The notes under the pieces were generated by a model that saw only the letters and a list, made by a program, of their open reading frames with translations, was not told the origin of the DNA and did no database searches. From the NCBI GenBank assembly GCA_963824995.1, contig CAWGRK010000004.1:62001-106445 (forward strand): a stretch of 44,445 nucleotides of DNA. The letters are read 5' to 3'. The position numbers and the translations under genes were made by a program. Origin of the DNA: an uncultured Actinomycetes bacterium (GTDB lineage Bacteria > Actinomycetota > Acidimicrobiia > Spongiisociales > DATADW01). This document shows positions 8,531 through 18,508 of this stretch, in pieces. The stretch's first letter is position 1. Each line of letters begins with the position of its first letter.

Positions 8531-8568
8531 AGCGTTGGGGTGGGAGGCCGAGGCCCCCCACCCTCGCT
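8531..8568 (-). terminator. GC-rich hairpin just downstream of dhaK
   Basis: GGGTGGGAGGCC-GA-GGCCCCCCACCC imperfect stem, extendable with AGCG/CGCT. No U-tract. Confidence 0.45.
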
Positions 8569-8571
8569 GTC

Positions 8572-9567
8572 TCAGAAGACCCTGTTGGAGATCTCCGCCG
8601 GAGCCAGCAACAACTCCTTGAGCTCGTCGTCCACCTTGAGCATTGTGAGCGATCCCCCTGCCATCTCGAGTGAGGTGCAGTACTCGTTCACATAGCTGCG
8701 GAAGACGTTGATGCCCTTCTCGGCGAGCTTGTTGTGGGCGATCCCGTAGAGCAGGTAGAGCTCGCTGATGGGCGTCCCTCCGAGTCCGTTGATCATCAGC
8801 GCCACCTCGTCGCCCGACTCGAACGGGAGGTCGGGGACAACCGCGTCCAAGAGGATGTCGACGATGTCGTTCGCCGGCACCAACTTGGTGCGCTCACGGC
8901 CGGGCTCACCATGGATGCCGATCCCGATCTCCATCTCGTCGTCGGCGATCTCGAACAGCGGGGTGCCCCTCACCGGCGGGGTGCACGAACTGAGAGCGAT
9001 GCCCATCGTCCTCACCTGGGCGATCACCTTCTCGCCGATCCGCACCAATTCATCCAATTCGGCACCGTTCTCCGAGGCGGCCCCGACCGCCTTTATGACG
9101 AAGAAGTTGCCCGCGACGCCACGGCGGCCGACGGTCCACGTCGAGTCCTTGACTGCCACGTCGTCGTTGACCAGGAGGGCCCCGACCTTCATCCCGTCGG
9201 CCTCGCACATCTCCTTGGCCATCTCCCAGGCGGTGCGATCGCCGGTGTAGTTGTTGACGAGGTGGAGAATCCCCTTCGGCGAGTACAACAGTTTGGACGT
9301 CTCGTAGACGAACTCGACCGGCGGCCCGGCAAAGACGTCACCTGGACATGCCCCATCGAGCATTCCGGGCCCGACGATCATCGTATGGGCCGGCTCGTGG
9401 CCGGAGCCCGAGCCCTGGATCACTGTGACCTTGTCGTCCTTGGGGATGTCGGCCCGATAGATCAGGTTGTACTTCGGCTCGTACTTGAGCGTTCCCCCAC
9501 TGGCGAGTTGGATCCCGGCCAACATCTCGGGGACGAACTGACGGGGGTCGTTTACGAACTTGTTCAC
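8572..9567 (-). CDS. dhaK: Dihydroxyacetone kinase family substrate-binding subunit K
   Basis: GSGSGHEPAH, NNYTGD, GRRGVAG, EIGIGIHGEPG, NGLGGTP and TSLEMAG motifs. Confidence 0.93.
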   Translation of the reverse strand: MNKFVNDPRQFVPEMLAGIQLASGGTLKYEPKYNLIYRADIPKDDKVTVIQGSGSGHEPAHTMIVGPGMLDGACPGDVFAGPPVEFVYETSKLLYSPKGILHLVNNYTGDRTAWEMAKEMCEADGMKVGALLVNDDVAVKDSTWTVGRRGVAGNFFVIKAVGAASENGAELDELVRIGEKVIAQVRTMGIALSSCTPPVRGTPLFEIADDEMEIGIGIHGEPGRERTKLVPANDIVDILLDAVVPDLPFESGDEVALMINGLGGTPISELYLLYGIAHNKLAEKGINVFRSYVNEYCTSLEMAGGSLTMLKVDDELKELLLAPAEISNRVF

Positions 9568-10233
9568 GCCTGGGTCTCCTCTTCTCCGTACTTCTCACGC
9601 CATGCTTTGGCTATGTCCTGCAGGATCACGCCGATCGCGGTCGCTCCGGCGTCAACCGAGTCACGGCTGCGCTCGCCGGTGTAGGCGGCCCGGCCTCGCT
9701 TGGCGATCATCCCCATGGTGCCCTCGGCAGCTTTCACTGCCACATCGGCCGCATCTTGCAGGGCGATGACCCCCTCATCGGCCACGCCCTCCCTGAAGCT
9801 GGCCTCCAGGCTGTCGACCGCCGGCACCAGCGAGTCGAGCAGCGTCTTGTCTCCCACCGAAGCGTCGCCGCGGGTCTGTATCCCCTCGATGGCGGCGCGC
9901 GAATATCTCGATCACATCGTCGGATGACAGCTCTGTCTTCTCTCCGGCGGCCGCTGCGGCCCGGAGAAAGGCGGTTCCCCAGATGGGACCGCTCACGCCT
10001 CCCACCTTGCCCGAGATCACGAACCCGACCTTCTTGAGCAGCGACCCCACGCTCGAACGATCAAAGGTGTCGTAGTCGGAATCGACCACCTCGAAGCCGT
10101 TCCTCAGCGAATAGCCGAAGTCGCCGTCACCCACCACAGCGTCGAGCTGTGCGAAATAGTCGGCGTTGTCGACGATCGTGGTCGCCATCGTCTTGAGGAC
10201 GAGATCGACATCGTCGAGCGTGGATCTTGCCAT
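9564..10233 (-). CDS. dhaL: Dihydroxyacetone kinase family nucleotide-binding subunit L; one indel near 9900
   Basis: N-half has LDAVVGDGDFG and GGVSGPIWG. C-half has GDKTLLD, AKRGRAAYTGERS and DAGA. GGAGG RBS before ATG 10233. Confidence 0.9.
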
Positions 10234-10269
10234 ATGTACCTCCTCGTTTGTCGTAACGACGGCCGCGGG

Positions 10270-11043
10270 TCAGGACGCCAGACAGCGCTCCAGATCCAGC
10301 AGAGTCACGTAGTCGCCGGGTTCGGCGGAGCTGCGGTTGGCGATGACTCGCGTCCGCTCACCTCCGGGATCGCCCAGCGACGAGACGACCAGAATCGCTT
10401 CGCTGTTGTCCTCCTCCTCCGTGTAGCCGTTGACTGTCATCACACACCGCAGCCCGGCGGCCGAGGCGGCCAACAGACCGTTCCGAGAGTCCTCGATGAC
10501 AAGGGCCTCGTCGGCGGTCACCCCCAGCCTCTGCAGCGCCAGCAGGTAGATATCGGGGGCCGGCTTCTTCCTGTCCACGACGTCGCCGGCCAGCACGACG
10601 TCGAAGCGGTCGGCGCGTTCCTCACCCACTGCCTGACGGAGGATCGCCAACACCGATGGTTCTGCCGAGGTCGAGGCAACGGACAGCAGCCACCCGGCGT
10701 CCTGCGCCTCGCTTATCAGACGACTGACACCCGGCCGCGCCGGGAGCCGGCCAGAAGCCACCATGTCTGTGTAGATGCCGGTCTTCAGCTTGTGCCACTT
10801 GGCCAGCTCGGCGGCCCGCCCTTCGGGATCTGCCGGCAGACCGTTGGCAGCGGCGAACTCGGGGGTGAGTTCGGTTGCCATCCTCTCTTTCCCACCTGCG
10901 ACCTGGAGCTTCTCTCCATAGACCTCCTCCGACCACTCGATGGGAAGACCGAGTTGGTGGAACGTCTCGTTGAAGGCGACGCGATGACCATCCCGCTCGG
11001 TGTCGGCTAGGACGCCATCGCAGTCGAAAATGAGGGCGCTCAC
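10270..11043 (-). CDS. CbbY-like HAD-IA sugar-phosphate phosphatase
   Basis: [44 protein letters not shown]. Confidence 0.88.
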   Translation of the reverse strand: MSALIFDCDGVLADTERDGHRVAFNETFHQLGLPIEWSEEVYGEKLQVAGGKERMATELTPEFAAANGLPADPEGRAAELAKWHKLKTGIYTDMVASGRLPARPGVSRLISEAQDAGWLLSVASTSAEPSVLAILRQAVGEERADRFDVVLAGDVVDRKKPAPDIYLLALQRLGVTADEALVIEDSRNGLLAASAAGLRCVMTVNGYTEEEDNSEAILVVSSLGDPGGERTRVIANRSSAEPGDYVTLLDLERCLAS

Positions 11044-11891
11044 CAGGCCTTGCCCTCACTCCCGAACAGCCGGATGTGCTCCTTCGCCATCTCGATGACC
11101 GACTCGCGTTGCACAGCGAACTGCGACGGTGGGTCGTACTTGCCGGGGTTCTCGGTCATGAAGTCGTAGCCGGATTGCATGTAACGGATCTTGAGGGCGG
11201 TCGAGATGTTCACCTTGGCGCATCCGCGGGCGATGAGGTCCTCGAACTGCTCGGGTGACATCCCAGTGCCCCCGTGGAGCGCCACGGGGACGCCGGTGGC
11301 CTCGACGATGTCGGTGACCCTCTGACTGTCGAGTTTGGGCGCCCTCTGATACATCCCGTGGGCGTTGCCGATCGCCGGAGCGAAGACATCCACACCGGTC
11401 GAAGTGATGAAGTCCACCGCCGTCGCCAGCGACTGCTCCGACTCCACCTGGGTGTCGCCGATTTCCTCCACCCGCTTGAACCCTTCGATCTCGCCTTCGA
11501 CCAGCGCGCCGTATTTCCGCGCCTCCGCCACCACTTCGGTCGATTGCCGCTTGTTCTCCTCGACACTCAGCGACGAGCCGTCGAACAGGACCGAGTCCCA
11601 GCCTTTCTCGAGACAGAGGCTGATGACGTCACGCTCCGGACAGTGGTCGAGATGGAGCGAGGCTGGCACCTCCACCGCGGCAGCCATGGCTCGCCACATC
11701 CCCATCAGCGCGTCGGCGCCGATCGATTTCACCGTCTTGACCGAGGTCTGCACGATCAACGGCGAGCGCAGGTCCTCGGCGGCAGCCAGCACCGCCTCCA
11801 TGGTGAGATCGTTGACGATGTTGATGGCGGCGACCCCGTACCGCTCGGCAAAGGCTCGGCTGACGATTTCGCCGGTGGGGACGGCGGGCAT
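11040..11891 (-). CDS. Class II fructose/tagatose-bisphosphate aldolase family
   Basis: [42 protein letters not shown]. Confidence 0.92.
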   Translation of the reverse strand: MPAVPTGEIVSRAFAERYGVAAINIVNDLTMEAVLAAAEDLRSPLIVQTSVKTVKSIGADALMGMWRAMAAAVEVPASLHLDHCPERDVISLCLEKGWDSVLFDGSSLSVEENKRQSTEVVAEARKYGALVEGEIEGFKRVEEIGDTQVESEQSLATAVDFITSTGVDVFAPAIGNAHGMYQRAPKLDSQRVTDIVEATGVPVALHGGTGMSPEQFEDLIARGCAKVNISTALKIRYMQSGYDFMTENPGKYDPPSQFAVQRESVIEMAKEHIRLFGSEGKAW

Positions 11892-12860
11892 CTAGGCACC
11901 TCCATTCGTCGCCATGTCGAGGACGGCTCTGGCGTTCCGCTCGTCGACGATCAGGACGTCGACGATCCCGGCATTGAGCACTCCGAGGATGGACAGCGGC
12001 TTCTCATCTCCGGAGACCACGGCAACCACCGTCTCGATCTGTCGCAATTGGTCTATGGAGAGCCCAATGAGCCGGCGGCTGTGCGGAGACTCGATGTGCT
12101 TTCCATTCACATCCACGTAATTGCCCAGGACGTCGCCGACGGCGCCTTGGGCGCGGAGACGGGCCATCTCCTCAATGGTCAGGCAGCCGCTGCGGACCAT
12201 GGTGCAGGCGTCGTCGGTGCCACCGATACCGACCAGAGCCACGTCGGCGCCGGCCGCCATCTCGAGCGTCTGGGTCACCGCTTCGTGTCGGAGCAAGCCC
12301 CGCCGCAGCGCCTGGCTCTCTACATAGACCGGGGCATACAGGCTCTGGACGCGGCCCCCGCACCGCTCCGCAAGTGCCTGGCCGATCTCGTTCGGGTTGG
12401 TGGGGACGTCCACCCGCGACGACCCACCCATGGCGCTGGCAAAAACGCAATCGATGGGCGACGGGGGGTGAAAGTGACGGGGGACGGCGCCCGTATCGCG
12501 ACCGTGGCTGACCGCCACCACATCCCCGTCGCGCAGGGAGCGCTCCAGGTAGCGCGCCGCGTTGCGGGCGACCGCCTCCCGTTGCGACTCGGGGTCGGCA
12601 TGGCTCGGGCTGACGACAGATTCGGTGAGATGGAATCTCTCGGCGAGCCGGCTCTCCAGTTCGAGGTCGAGCCCCTGGGGCACATCGATGTGGATCTCGA
12701 CGACCCCGGCGGAACGTGCCCGGTCGAGCAGCCGCTGCACCTTTGGCCGGGACAATCCGAACTCGTCCGCGATCTCGCCCTGGGTCCTCCGGTCGATGAG
12801 AGACCGGTGGGCGATGCGCGCCAGCAACTCGTGCTCGTCGCGGCTGAGTTCGGCAAGCAT
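11892..12860 (-). CDS. SorC/DeoR(LsrR)-type sugar-binding transcriptional regulator
   Basis: HTH TQGEIADEFGLSRPKVQRLLDRAR and sugar-binding domain ALVGIGG...GAVGDVLGNYVDVNG...LIVDE. ATG 12860 has a GGAGG RBS. Confidence 0.9.
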   Translation of the reverse strand: MLAELSRDEHELLARIAHRSLIDRRTQGEIADEFGLSRPKVQRLLDRARSAGVVEIHIDVPQGLDLELESRLAERFHLTESVVSPSHADPESQREAVARNAARYLERSLRDGDVVAVSHGRDTGAVPRHFHPPSPIDCVFASAMGGSSRVDVPTNPNEIGQALAERCGGRVQSLYAPVYVESQALRRGLLRHEAVTQTLEMAAGADVALVGIGGTDDACTMVRSGCLTIEEMARLRAQGAVGDVLGNYVDVNGKHIESPHSRRLIGLSIDQLRQIETVVAVVSGDEKPLSILGVLNAGIVDVLIVDERNARAVLDMATNGGA

Positions 12861-12871
12861 CCGACCTCCGG

Positions 12872-12903
12872 TGAGCAATTGCTCAGTTGAGGGCAATTGC
12901 TCG
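12872..12903. promoter_or_regulatory. Tandem palindromic operator, probably bound by the SorC-type regulator
   Basis: Perfect 14-bp palindrome TGAGCAATTGCTCA (12872-12885) and a second copy AGGGCAATTGCTCG (12890-12903), 18 bp apart, directly upstream of the regulator RBS. Confidence 0.7.
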
Positions 12904-13174
12904 GACCCTAGACCGGCGGTCACGCGTGGAGTCGCCCAGAACGGTCAATTTCGCCAGGCCTGATCCAGAACGCGGCGTGTAGTCGTGCTGTTCACTCGCT
13001 CCCACCGACGCCACGACGCCGGACAATCGCCGCCCACACTGAGCGATTGAGGCCAACCATGTGTAGCCTCACTGAACAGTGAACGGCGCGCTTCGGCGGT
13101 GGGATGGCTCGGCACGACACCGGGGGGTGGGATCAGGTATCGGCCATGAAGCCTGACGCCATGGAGCAAGCCAG

Positions 13175-14434
13175 GTGACCCGGACGCTCATCAGGGGCGG
13201 ATGCGTCCTGAGCATGAGCCAGGCCATCGGCAACCTGTCCCAAGCCGACGTCCTCATCGACGGCGAGACCATCACCGAGATCGGTCCGTCGCTTCGGGCG
13301 CGTGATGCCACGGTGGTCGATGCCGGCGATGCCATCGTCATGCCCGGTTTCGTGGACACCCATCGTCACCTTTCGGAATCGATCTTCCGAGGTGTCGGGG
13401 ACACGCCAGAGATGACGGGGACGTACCGCCACTTCTCTCCTGAAGCTCTCTACGCCGCCACCCTGGTTGGCTTGTTCGGGGCGGCAGAGGCGGGGATCAC
13501 CACCGTCGTGGATTGGTGCGAGGTCGACACCGAAGCCGCCCATATCGACGCCGCTCTCCAAGCTCACGCCGACTCCGGGTTGCGAACGGTCTTCGCCCAC
13601 GCCAGGGCCGATCGAGGCGGTGACCGATGGAGGCGCGGGCTCCAGTTGCTGGCGGGAAACAGGACAGCGCCGTACACCTCGTTGGCCGCCGGGCCGGGAG
13701 AAACGCCGGTCGAGTCCGACGACTGGACCGCGGCCCGTGAACTCGGACTCCGCATCCACACTCATGCCGGCACGTCCGATTCGGTGTCCCGGTTGGCCGA
13801 GCAGAACCTGCTCGGTCCGGATGTCACCCTGGTGCACGGCTCGCACTTGGCCGACGACGACCTCGACGCCATCGCCTCGACCAAGACAGCGATCGTGCTG
13901 ACGCCGTGCAGCGAACAGGCGCGCGGGGTCCCGACGCTGTCGATCCAGCGATTGATCGACCGTGGCATCAGGCCCGGACTCGGGATCGACACCGAGCGAA
14001 TCGCGCCCGGTGACCTATTCGCTCAGATTCGAGCGACGATCTCGCTCCAACACGCCACTTACTTCGATTCCAAGCTGGCGGGAAAGGCCGGTCTCCCCAA
14101 ACTGCTGACCACCCGCGAGGTGATCCGCTATGCCACCATCGACGGCGCCCGCGCCATCGGCCTTGGGGATGTCACCGGCTCGCTCGAGGTGGGAAAGCAA
14201 GCCGACATCGTGGTGCTGCGCACCGACCGGCCCAATATCTTCCCGATCAACGACCCGATCGGCGCCGTGGTCTGGGGCATGGACACATCGAACGTCGACT
14301 GGGTGTTCGTCGCCGGGAACCCGGTGGTACGGGAGGGCGCAGTCGACGCTGACCTCGACCGGGTCCGCAGTCTGGCGGCCACGGCCCGCAGGCAGCTGGC
14401 GGGATCGTCGGGCCTTCTGGTCGAGTCGGCATGA
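13175..14434 (+). CDS. Amidohydrolase family protein (AtzA/MTA-SAH deaminase-like)
   Basis: TLIRGGCVLS, PGFVDTHRH, AGITTVVDW, IHTH, LVHG, GLGID, GSLEVGKQADIV. Confidence 0.9.
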   Translation: MTRTLIRGGCVLSMSQAIGNLSQADVLIDGETITEIGPSLRARDATVVDAGDAIVMPGFVDTHRHLSESIFRGVGDTPEMTGTYRHFSPEALYAATLVGLFGAAEAGITTVVDWCEVDTEAAHIDAALQAHADSGLRTVFAHARADRGGDRWRRGLQLLAGNRTAPYTSLAAGPGETPVESDDWTAARELGLRIHTHAGTSDSVSRLAEQNLLGPDVTLVHGSHLADDDLDAIASTKTAIVLTPCSEQARGVPTLSIQRLIDRGIRPGLGIDTERIAPGDLFAQIRATISLQHATYFDSKLAGKAGLPKLLTTREVIRYATIDGARAIGLGDVTGSLEVGKQADIVVLRTDRPNIFPINDPIGAVVWGMDTSNVDWVFVAGNPVVREGAVDADLDRVRSLAATARRQLAGSSGLLVESA

Positions 14435-15474
14435 CCCAGCCCCGCACTCCCTCTTCGGCGGTCACCTCCTTCGTGGTCGGCTCCCGCTACATGCCGGTCT
14501 ACCTGGCGCTGGTCCTCCTCGTCGTGGTGGCCTCGATCTGGGCACCGGCCACGCTCTCCAGCGCCGGGCTCGCCGCAATCGCCCCCATGGGAACGTTCCT
14601 CGCCATCGCAGCACTCGGCCAGATGCTGGTGATCATGACCGGGGGCATCGACCTCAGCGTCCCCGGTACGTTTCTGCTCGGCGGTCTGTTGATGGTGGGG
14701 GTCGGCCAGCAGTCCGACGAGCGGATCTGGATCGCCTACCTCACCGCCATCGGCGCCGCCGCGGTGATCGGCCTGCTCAACGGGATCCTCATTGGCGGGC
14801 TCAAGCTCAACCCGCTGATTGTCACCCTGGCGGTCGGCCAGATCGTCCTCGGGGTGGCCAGCCGCTACTACAGCACCGTCGCCATCCAGAAACCCGTCCC
14901 GCCCGGGCTATCCGACTGGGCCAACAGCAGCTTCCTCGGGGTGACCCGCCTCTTCTGGGTCGGCGTCGCCCTGACCGTCCTCCTCGTCATCATCTTCAGA
15001 TTCACCGCGGTGGGCCGGAGGTTCCAGGTGGTCGGCGCCAACCCGGTGGCCTCGACCGTGATGGGGCTCAGGGTCAACATCACCCAGATCGTCACCTACG
15101 TCGTGGCCGCGGTCCTCTACGCCACGGCCGGCGTCCTCTTGGCGGGTTTCCTCCGGGCGCCTGGGGTGACCGTGGGCGCGCCCTACCTGCTCGGTCCGAT
15201 AGCCGCCGTGGTCATCGGCGGCGCCTCTCTCACCGGCGGCTTGGCCAGCCCGATCTCGACGTTCGCCGCGGCGTTCTTCCTGGCGGGTCTCAACCAGATG
15301 ATGCGGGTGCTGAGCCTTCCCACGGCGCTCCAGTTCGTCGTCTTCGGTCTGGTGATCGTCGGCGGGATGCTGGTTTCGGGTGACCGGATCATCAAGGGGG
15401 TGGAAAGGGTTCTGCGCGACCGCTCGAGACCCACGCCCCGCGAGGAGACCCTGGTCGCAGGTGGTGAACCTTGA
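14431..15474 (+). CDS. Sugar-type (RbsC-like) ABC transporter permease
   Basis: GQMLVIMTGGIDLSV, GRRFQVVGANPVA and IAAVVIGGASLTGG; multiple hydrophobic segments. Confidence 0.92.
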   Translation: MTQPRTPSSAVTSFVVGSRYMPVYLALVLLVVVASIWAPATLSSAGLAAIAPMGTFLAIAALGQMLVIMTGGIDLSVPGTFLLGGLLMVGVGQQSDERIWIAYLTAIGAAAVIGLLNGILIGGLKLNPLIVTLAVGQIVLGVASRYYSTVAIQKPVPPGLSDWANSSFLGVTRLFWVGVALTVLLVIIFRFTAVGRRFQVVGANPVASTVMGLRVNITQIVTYVVAAVLYATAGVLLAGFLRAPGVTVGAPYLLGPIAAVVIGGASLTGGLASPISTFAAAFFLAGLNQMMRVLSLPTALQFVVFGLVIVGGMLVSGDRIIKGVERVLRDRSRPTPREETLVAGGEP

Positions 15475-15528
15475 GATGAGTCACCAGAGGGGGAGAACGG
15501 ACCGACAACCATGATTGGAGGAGGAAAA

Positions 15529-16923
15529 ATGAGAAGCAGGGTTTTGCCCCTGATAGCCGTTCTGGCATTCGTGCTGGCGGCGTGTACCGGCGATGTGGCC
15601 GGGACCACGGTCGCCGAAGAGCCGGCGACGACAGCGGCGGCCGTCGACACCACGGCGGCGGCAGTCGAGACGACCGTGGCGACCGAGACCACGGCGGCGG
15701 CAGTCGAGACGACCGTGGCGACCGAGACGACGGCCTCCGCAGCGGACGATCTCTCCGCATACGGTGAAAGCACCGATGCCGATCCGGCGTTGGTCGAGAA
15801 GGCCCTCGGCCCCGTCGAGCTGACCGATCCGATCGTCTTGGCGTCGATCGCCCGGGCGGAACAGGACCTCGACGAAGCGACCATCACCACCGCCATCGAG
15901 TGTTACAACTCGACCGTAGGCGGGGGTGAGTGCGAGACCGGGACCGGTGGCGAGGTGGTCATGGGTTACGCCGACGGCGGCGGGCTAAACGTCTGGCGGC
16001 AGGTGACCCGAATGGAGGCGATCCTCCAGGCCCTCACCTACGAGGACATCGGGACCATCGTCTTCCGTGACGCCCAGTGGTCAACCGACCCGGCGGTCCC
16101 TATCGGCGACATCAACTTCATGGTGGAGCGCGGGGTCGACTTCATCATCGGCTACCCCGACTGGGGTGTTGCCCTCGGCGATTCCATCAAGGCTGCCGAG
16201 GCCGCAGGCATCCCCTACATGTCGTACTCGGCAGGATGGGTCGGTCTGCCCGAGCAGGATGGCTCGCTCATCCCCGGCGAGGACTACCTGGGCGTGGTCG
16301 GAGAGGACCTCTGTTCGCTCGGCGAGAGCTTCGCCGGCGTGATCAACGATGGAGTCGGTGAGGGCACGATCGGCGTCCTCGGTGGGACGCCGGGCAACGC
16401 TTTGTCGCTCGGCTGGCAGCAGTGCCACATCCCGGCGCTCGGCGAGAGCATCGAGGTGATCAACCCTCCGGCCGACGAGAACTCGACCACGGGTGACACG
16501 TACTGGGCCAACGACATCGCTCGCGACGTCGTCCGTGGGTGGCTGTCCACCAACCCGGACATGGCCGGTTTCAGCTACGAGTACGCCGACGGCCTGTTCA
16601 CCGCGTTGGATGGCGTCGAAATCGACAACATGACGATCGCGGTGCGGACCGACGAGCAGACCTTGTTCTGCGACTGGGCCGAGCGAAACAACCCGAACTA
16701 CAACATCTGGTTCTCCGCGGGTGGCAACTTCCAGTCGCGCACCGCGGTGACCGCCCAGATGATGAACATCGCCGGTGCCGAGATCCCGGGCGAGATCGTG
16801 GTGCCTCACGTGATGCGTCAGGTGACCCAGGATGACTGTGACCCTGATCGGGTTACGCCGACGGTTTCGGGAACGTCGCTCGTTCCCGACGAGGTGCTCG
16901 CCCTGATGTACCCGGAAGGGTGA
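15529..16923 (+). CDS. ABC substrate-binding lipoprotein with Thr/Ala-rich linker
   Basis: GGAGGAGG RBS, lipobox VLAAC, TTAAAVETTVATE repeats, very acidic periplasmic-binding-protein-like domain; lies between permease and ATPase. Confidence 0.82.
   Translation: MRSRVLPLIAVLAFVLAACTGDVAGTTVAEEPATTAAAVDTTAAAVETTVATETTAAAVETTVATETTASAADDLSAYGESTDADPALVEKALGPVELTDPIVLASIARAEQDLDEATITTAIECYNSTVGGGECETGTGGEVVMGYADGGGLNVWRQVTRMEAILQALTYEDIGTIVFRDAQWSTDPAVPIGDINFMVERGVDFIIGYPDWGVALGDSIKAAEAAGIPYMSYSAGWVGLPEQDGSLIPGEDYLGVVGEDLCSLGESFAGVINDGVGEGTIGVLGGTPGNALSLGWQQCHIPALGESIEVINPPADENSTTGDTYWANDIARDVVRGWLSTNPDMAGFSYEYADGLFTALDGVEIDNMTIAVRTDEQTLFCDWAERNNPNYNIWFSAGGNFQSRTAVTAQMMNIAGAEIPGEIVVPHVMRQVTQDDCDPDRVTPTVSGTSLVPDEVLALMYPEG
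15649..15726 (+). repeat. 39-bp in-frame tandem repeat, 2 copies (TTAAAVETTVATE)
   Basis: ACCACGGCGGCGGCAGTCGAGACGACCGTGGCGACCGAG at 15649-15687 and 15688-15726. Confidence 0.9.
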
Positions 16924-16924
16924 G

Positions 16925-18508
16925 TTGAGCCCAGGCGATCCAGAGCCGACCCCGGACATCGTCCTCGAACTGAGCGGGCTATCCCGCCAGTTCGGGGCAG
17001 TCCGGGCGCTGACCGATGTCAGCTTCGACTGCCGCGCCGGCGAGGTGCATGCCCTCGTCGGCGAGAACGGCTCGGGTAAGTCGACTCTCCTCGGGATCGC
17101 CAGCGGGTTCGTCGAACCCGACTCGGGGACAGTCCGAATCGGGGGAAAGCTCCTGCGGACCGACTCGCCGGCAGTGGCGCGCCAACTTGGTCTTGCCATG
17201 GCATACCAGGACACCTCGCTGATCCTGGCCCAGCCCGTCAAGAACAATCTCTACCTGGCCGCCCCACCCGACCAGCGGCCGCCGTTCTGGCGGAGGAAGA
17301 AGTGGGCGCGCCGGCTTCTGGCAGAGTTCGACCTGGATCTCGAGCTGTTCCCGGACGCGCCCGCCGGGTTTCTCACGCTCGCCGAAAGACAGCTCTTCGA
17401 GGTGGCCAAGGCGCTGGTCTCAAACCCCAAGGTGTTGCTCCTCGACGAGCCCACCACAGCTCTCGGGCCGGACGAGGTCGAGGCGCTCCACCGCACCGTC
17501 GCCGCCTGCCGGCGGCGCGGCGTAGGTGTGGTCTACGTGAGCCATCGTCTCCCCGAGGTCATCGAGATCGCCGATCGGATCACCGTCCTGCGCGACGGCA
17601 AGGCCCGGGGAACGTTCGATGCCAGGGAGACGAGCGAGCACGCCCTGGTCGACCTGATCGTCGGGCGGCCCTTCGAAGCGGCCTTTCCCACACCGTCACC
17701 GAGATCCGGCGAGAGTCGCGAGGTACTCGTCGTGGACGGGCTCCAGGGCCAGGCTTTTGGCCCGGTGAGCTTCACTCTGGAGAGCGGAGAGGTCGTCGGT
17801 ATCGCCGGAGCCGAGGGCAACGGACAGCCCCAACTCTTCGACTGCCTCGCCGGGAGGACGCCACCCAGGGCGGGAAGGGTGGTGTGCGCCGGCCATGAGC
17901 TCAGCTTGATCTCGACCCATCAGGCTGTGAGGGCGGGGATCATGCTCTTGCCGGGAGATCGCAAGCATGAGGCTCTCATGCCGGTGCTGGGTGTTCGGGT
18001 CAACTCGACCATTCAGTCGCTGCGCCGCTTCACCAGGTTCGGGTTCCTCCGGCGGCATTCGGAGCGCCTGGCGGTGAGGGACCTGGTTGCCCGGCTCGAG
18101 GTCCGCACTCCCTCGCTCGAACAGCCGGTCGAGTTCCTCTCGGGTGGCAACCAGCAAAAGGTCTCGGTCTCGAGGACTTTCCTCAGGAAGCCGGTTGTCA
18201 TCCTCGCCTACGAGCCCACTCAGGGTGTCGACGTCGGGTCACGTTTCGACATCTATCGGGCCCTTCGAGCGCGAACCGACACCGGGGCCGCCCTCCTGGT
18301 CAAATCGAGCGACCCCCTCGAGCTATCCGGGTTGTGCGACCGGGTGCTCGTGATGTCGCGAGGGACGATCATCGAGGAGATACCAGGCGATGAGCTCGAT
18401 GAGATGCGCATAGTCGAGGCCATCGTGCGCGGTCCCGGCCTCTCCCGCGCCGGCCGCTCACCACTCGGAGTGGCCATGCCCAAAGCGGCGACGCCGCCTG
18501 CCTCATGA
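16925..18508 (+). CDS. Sugar-type ABC ATP-binding protein with two ABC domains (RbsA/MglA-like)
   Basis: GENGSGKST, LLLDEPT, YVSHRL, LSGGNQQK, EPTQGVDVG. Confidence 0.93.
   Translation: MSPGDPEPTPDIVLELSGLSRQFGAVRALTDVSFDCRAGEVHALVGENGSGKSTLLGIASGFVEPDSGTVRIGGKLLRTDSPAVARQLGLAMAYQDTSLILAQPVKNNLYLAAPPDQRPPFWRRKKWARRLLAEFDLDLELFPDAPAGFLTLAERQLFEVAKALVSNPKVLLLDEPTTALGPDEVEALHRTVAACRRRGVGVVYVSHRLPEVIEIADRITVLRDGKARGTFDARETSEHALVDLIVGRPFEAAFPTPSPRSGESREVLVVDGLQGQAFGPVSFTLESGEVVGIAGAEGNGQPQLFDCLAGRTPPRAGRVVCAGHELSLISTHQAVRAGIMLLPGDRKHEALMPVLGVRVNSTIQSLRRFTRFGFLRRHSERLAVRDLVARLEVRTPSLEQPVEFLSGGNQQKVSVSRTFLRKPVVILAYEPTQGVDVGSRFDIYRALRARTDTGAALLVKSSDPLELSGLCDRVLVMSRGTIIEEIPGDELDEMRIVEAIVRGPGLSRAGRSPLGVAMPKAATPPAS

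Noticed and set aside
11274..12890. 538-aa plus-strand ORF
   Set aside because: Antisense to the aldolase and regulator genes, which carry clear family motifs.
12987..13087. 10-bp imperfect inverted repeat GCTGTTCACT / AGTGAACGGC in the divergent intergenic region as a riboswitch or ncRNA
   Set aside because: Short arms about 80 bp apart and no recognisable riboswitch consensus; not supportable by eye.
15649..15726. 39-bp tandem repeat as a CRISPR array or contingency locus
   Set aside because: In-frame, has no spacers, and encodes an ordinary Thr/Ala lipoprotein linker.
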